Below, piece after piece: positions 62,521 through 64,000 of a stretch of DNA of 64,000 bases; the stretch's first letter is position 1; the number at the start of each line of letters is the position of its first letter. Made by a program: the position numbers and the translations under genes. The DNA lies in the NCBI RefSeq assembly GCF_006345805.1, contig NC_043014.1, forward strand, positions 10,168,001-10,232,000, written 5' to 3'. The notes under the pieces were generated by a model, which made no database searches, was not told the DNA's origin, and was given only the letters and a program-made list of their open reading frames with translations. The DNA comes from Octopus sinensis (taxonomy: Eukaryota).

Positions 62521-62932
62521 GCGGCGAGCTGGCAGAAACGTTAGCACGCCGGGCGAAATGCGTAGCCGTATTTCGTCTGTCATTACATTCTGAGTTCAAA
62601 TTCCGCCGAGGTCGACTTTGCCTTTCATCCTTTCGGGGTTGATAAATTAAGTACCAGTTACGCACTGGGGTCGATGTAATAGACTTAATCCCTTTGTCTG
62701 TCTTTGTTTGTCCCCTCTTTGTTTAGCCCCTTGTGGGTAGTAAAGAAATAGGTATTTCGTCTGCCGTTACGTTCTGAGTTGAAATTCCGCCGAGGTCGAC
62801 TTTGCCTTTCATCCTTTCGGGGTCGATAAATTAAGTACCAGTTACGCACTGGGGTCGATGTAATAGACTTAATCCCTTTGTCTGTCTTTGTTTGTCCCCT
62901 CTTTGTTTAGCCCTTGTTGGTAGTAAAGAAAT
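62521..62932 (+). mobile_element. SINE family B, head plus 2 body units
   Basis: TSD-like TATATATTAGCG on both flanks; junction at about 62750. Confidence 0.92.
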
Positions 62933-63214
62933 ATATATATTAGCGTACAGAAATCCAGTCACTATCATAGAAGAACGTTTATGTATTGTATTAAATTTTA
63001 GAGATTAGTCAAATCACAACATTGATATAGTTTAACCGTTCAGTGGCGTGATATTCATTCTACAAATCCTAATCTAACGCATATTTAACTATCGGCTATT
63101 TCTATTCTATGGACAACGTCGGTTTGAGGCAATCAAACCGATTCCAGAGCATATATTTTTCAACTGTGGGTCCCGTTGCCAAACTACCAAGTTTGGGAAA
63201 GTAAACAAATCAAA

Positions 63215-63335
63215 AACCAAATCCACTCACAAGGTATTGGTCACCTAGTGGCTATACTAGAAGACACATGTCCAAGGTGCTGCGTAGTGGGTTTAAACCC
63301 GGAACTATCAGGCTGCAAAGCGAGCTTCTTAACTA
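63215..63335 (-). mobile_element. SINE family A, old degenerate 5' fragment
   Basis: AAATCCACTCACAAGG...GAAGACAC..CCAAGGTGC. Confidence 0.6.
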
Positions 63336-64000
63336 GACAACATTTGTCTTGTATCTTACAACAAATTACTCGAGTCAGCCTTAGATTCTTGGCTCAATAT
63401 ATTCATTCACATGAAAAACACGTGCTACACAAGACTTGTATCAGAGTTTACAACGAACGCCTGTATTATCTAATTTAAACATGGAAAATGAAATTTATTT
63501 TCTATTCTACGTGTTATCAGTTAATCGTAAGAGAAACTAAATTAAGTTTTCGGCTAACAAATTATAGATTCTCAGAGATTATTATAGTTCTTGCCAAACC
63601 CCACAAAAATATCACAAATAATATGCATTGGTGAACACAACATTTTTAGAACGTGTCAAAAATCCAACTGTTACATATAAATTGCTGGCTCCCGATATTT
63701 TCTCGTCTCGGAGCATGTATAGTAATTTACCGCGTGATATGTATTAACACAATTCCACTTTATGATTATTGCCCCAGTAAGGTCGCAGCCTAATGACTAA
63801 AACGAGTGAAAGATAAATGATAAGCGTTTTATTTATTCAAATCCAGCAACACCGAGGACCTGATAGCGATTATTGTTGATGATCATAGAAAAAGAGCCTC
63901 GCTTGGGAGCTGGGATCATTTTTAACTTAACGGCCTATCTAATGGTATGGTGAGCATGTCGGGAATGGAATCATTTTCACCCTCTGGACAAACAGTCAAA

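Overview
AT-rich eukaryotic (animal) DNA with no supportable host protein-coding gene, tRNA, rRNA or CRISPR array. Almost all ORFs in the supplied track are artefacts of (TA)n/(TG)n/(TATG)n microsatellites or of SINEs. The repeat families look to me like those of an octopus (coleoid cephalopod) genome; this is recognition from memory, not a database result. The window is probably intergenic or deep intronic. It contains: (i) about 45 copies of several tRNA-derived SINE families (here called A, B, C and D); (ii) two degenerate Gypsy LTR retroelements (9.8-10.5 kb and 38.3-42.5 kb); (iii) fragments of Penelope-like elements (RT at 13 kb, GIY-YIG endonuclease at 25 kb) and of RTE, CR1/L2-like, L1/Tx1-like and HERO/NeSL-like LINEs; (iv) four copies of a non-autonomous Helitron, one carrying a captured insert; (v) pogo/Tigger-, mariner- and Merlin-type MITEs and fold-back elements. 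The most interesting signal is a set of small elements, mostly anchored on TA microsatellites, that carry minimal type I hammerhead-ribozyme-like folds with a palindromic helix III. One three-copy family lacks the canonical A6 of the catalytic core. Also notable are concatemeric SINE B insertions inside a single TSD and one SINE C head joined to three different tails. All coordinates were read by eye and are approximate to a few bases.
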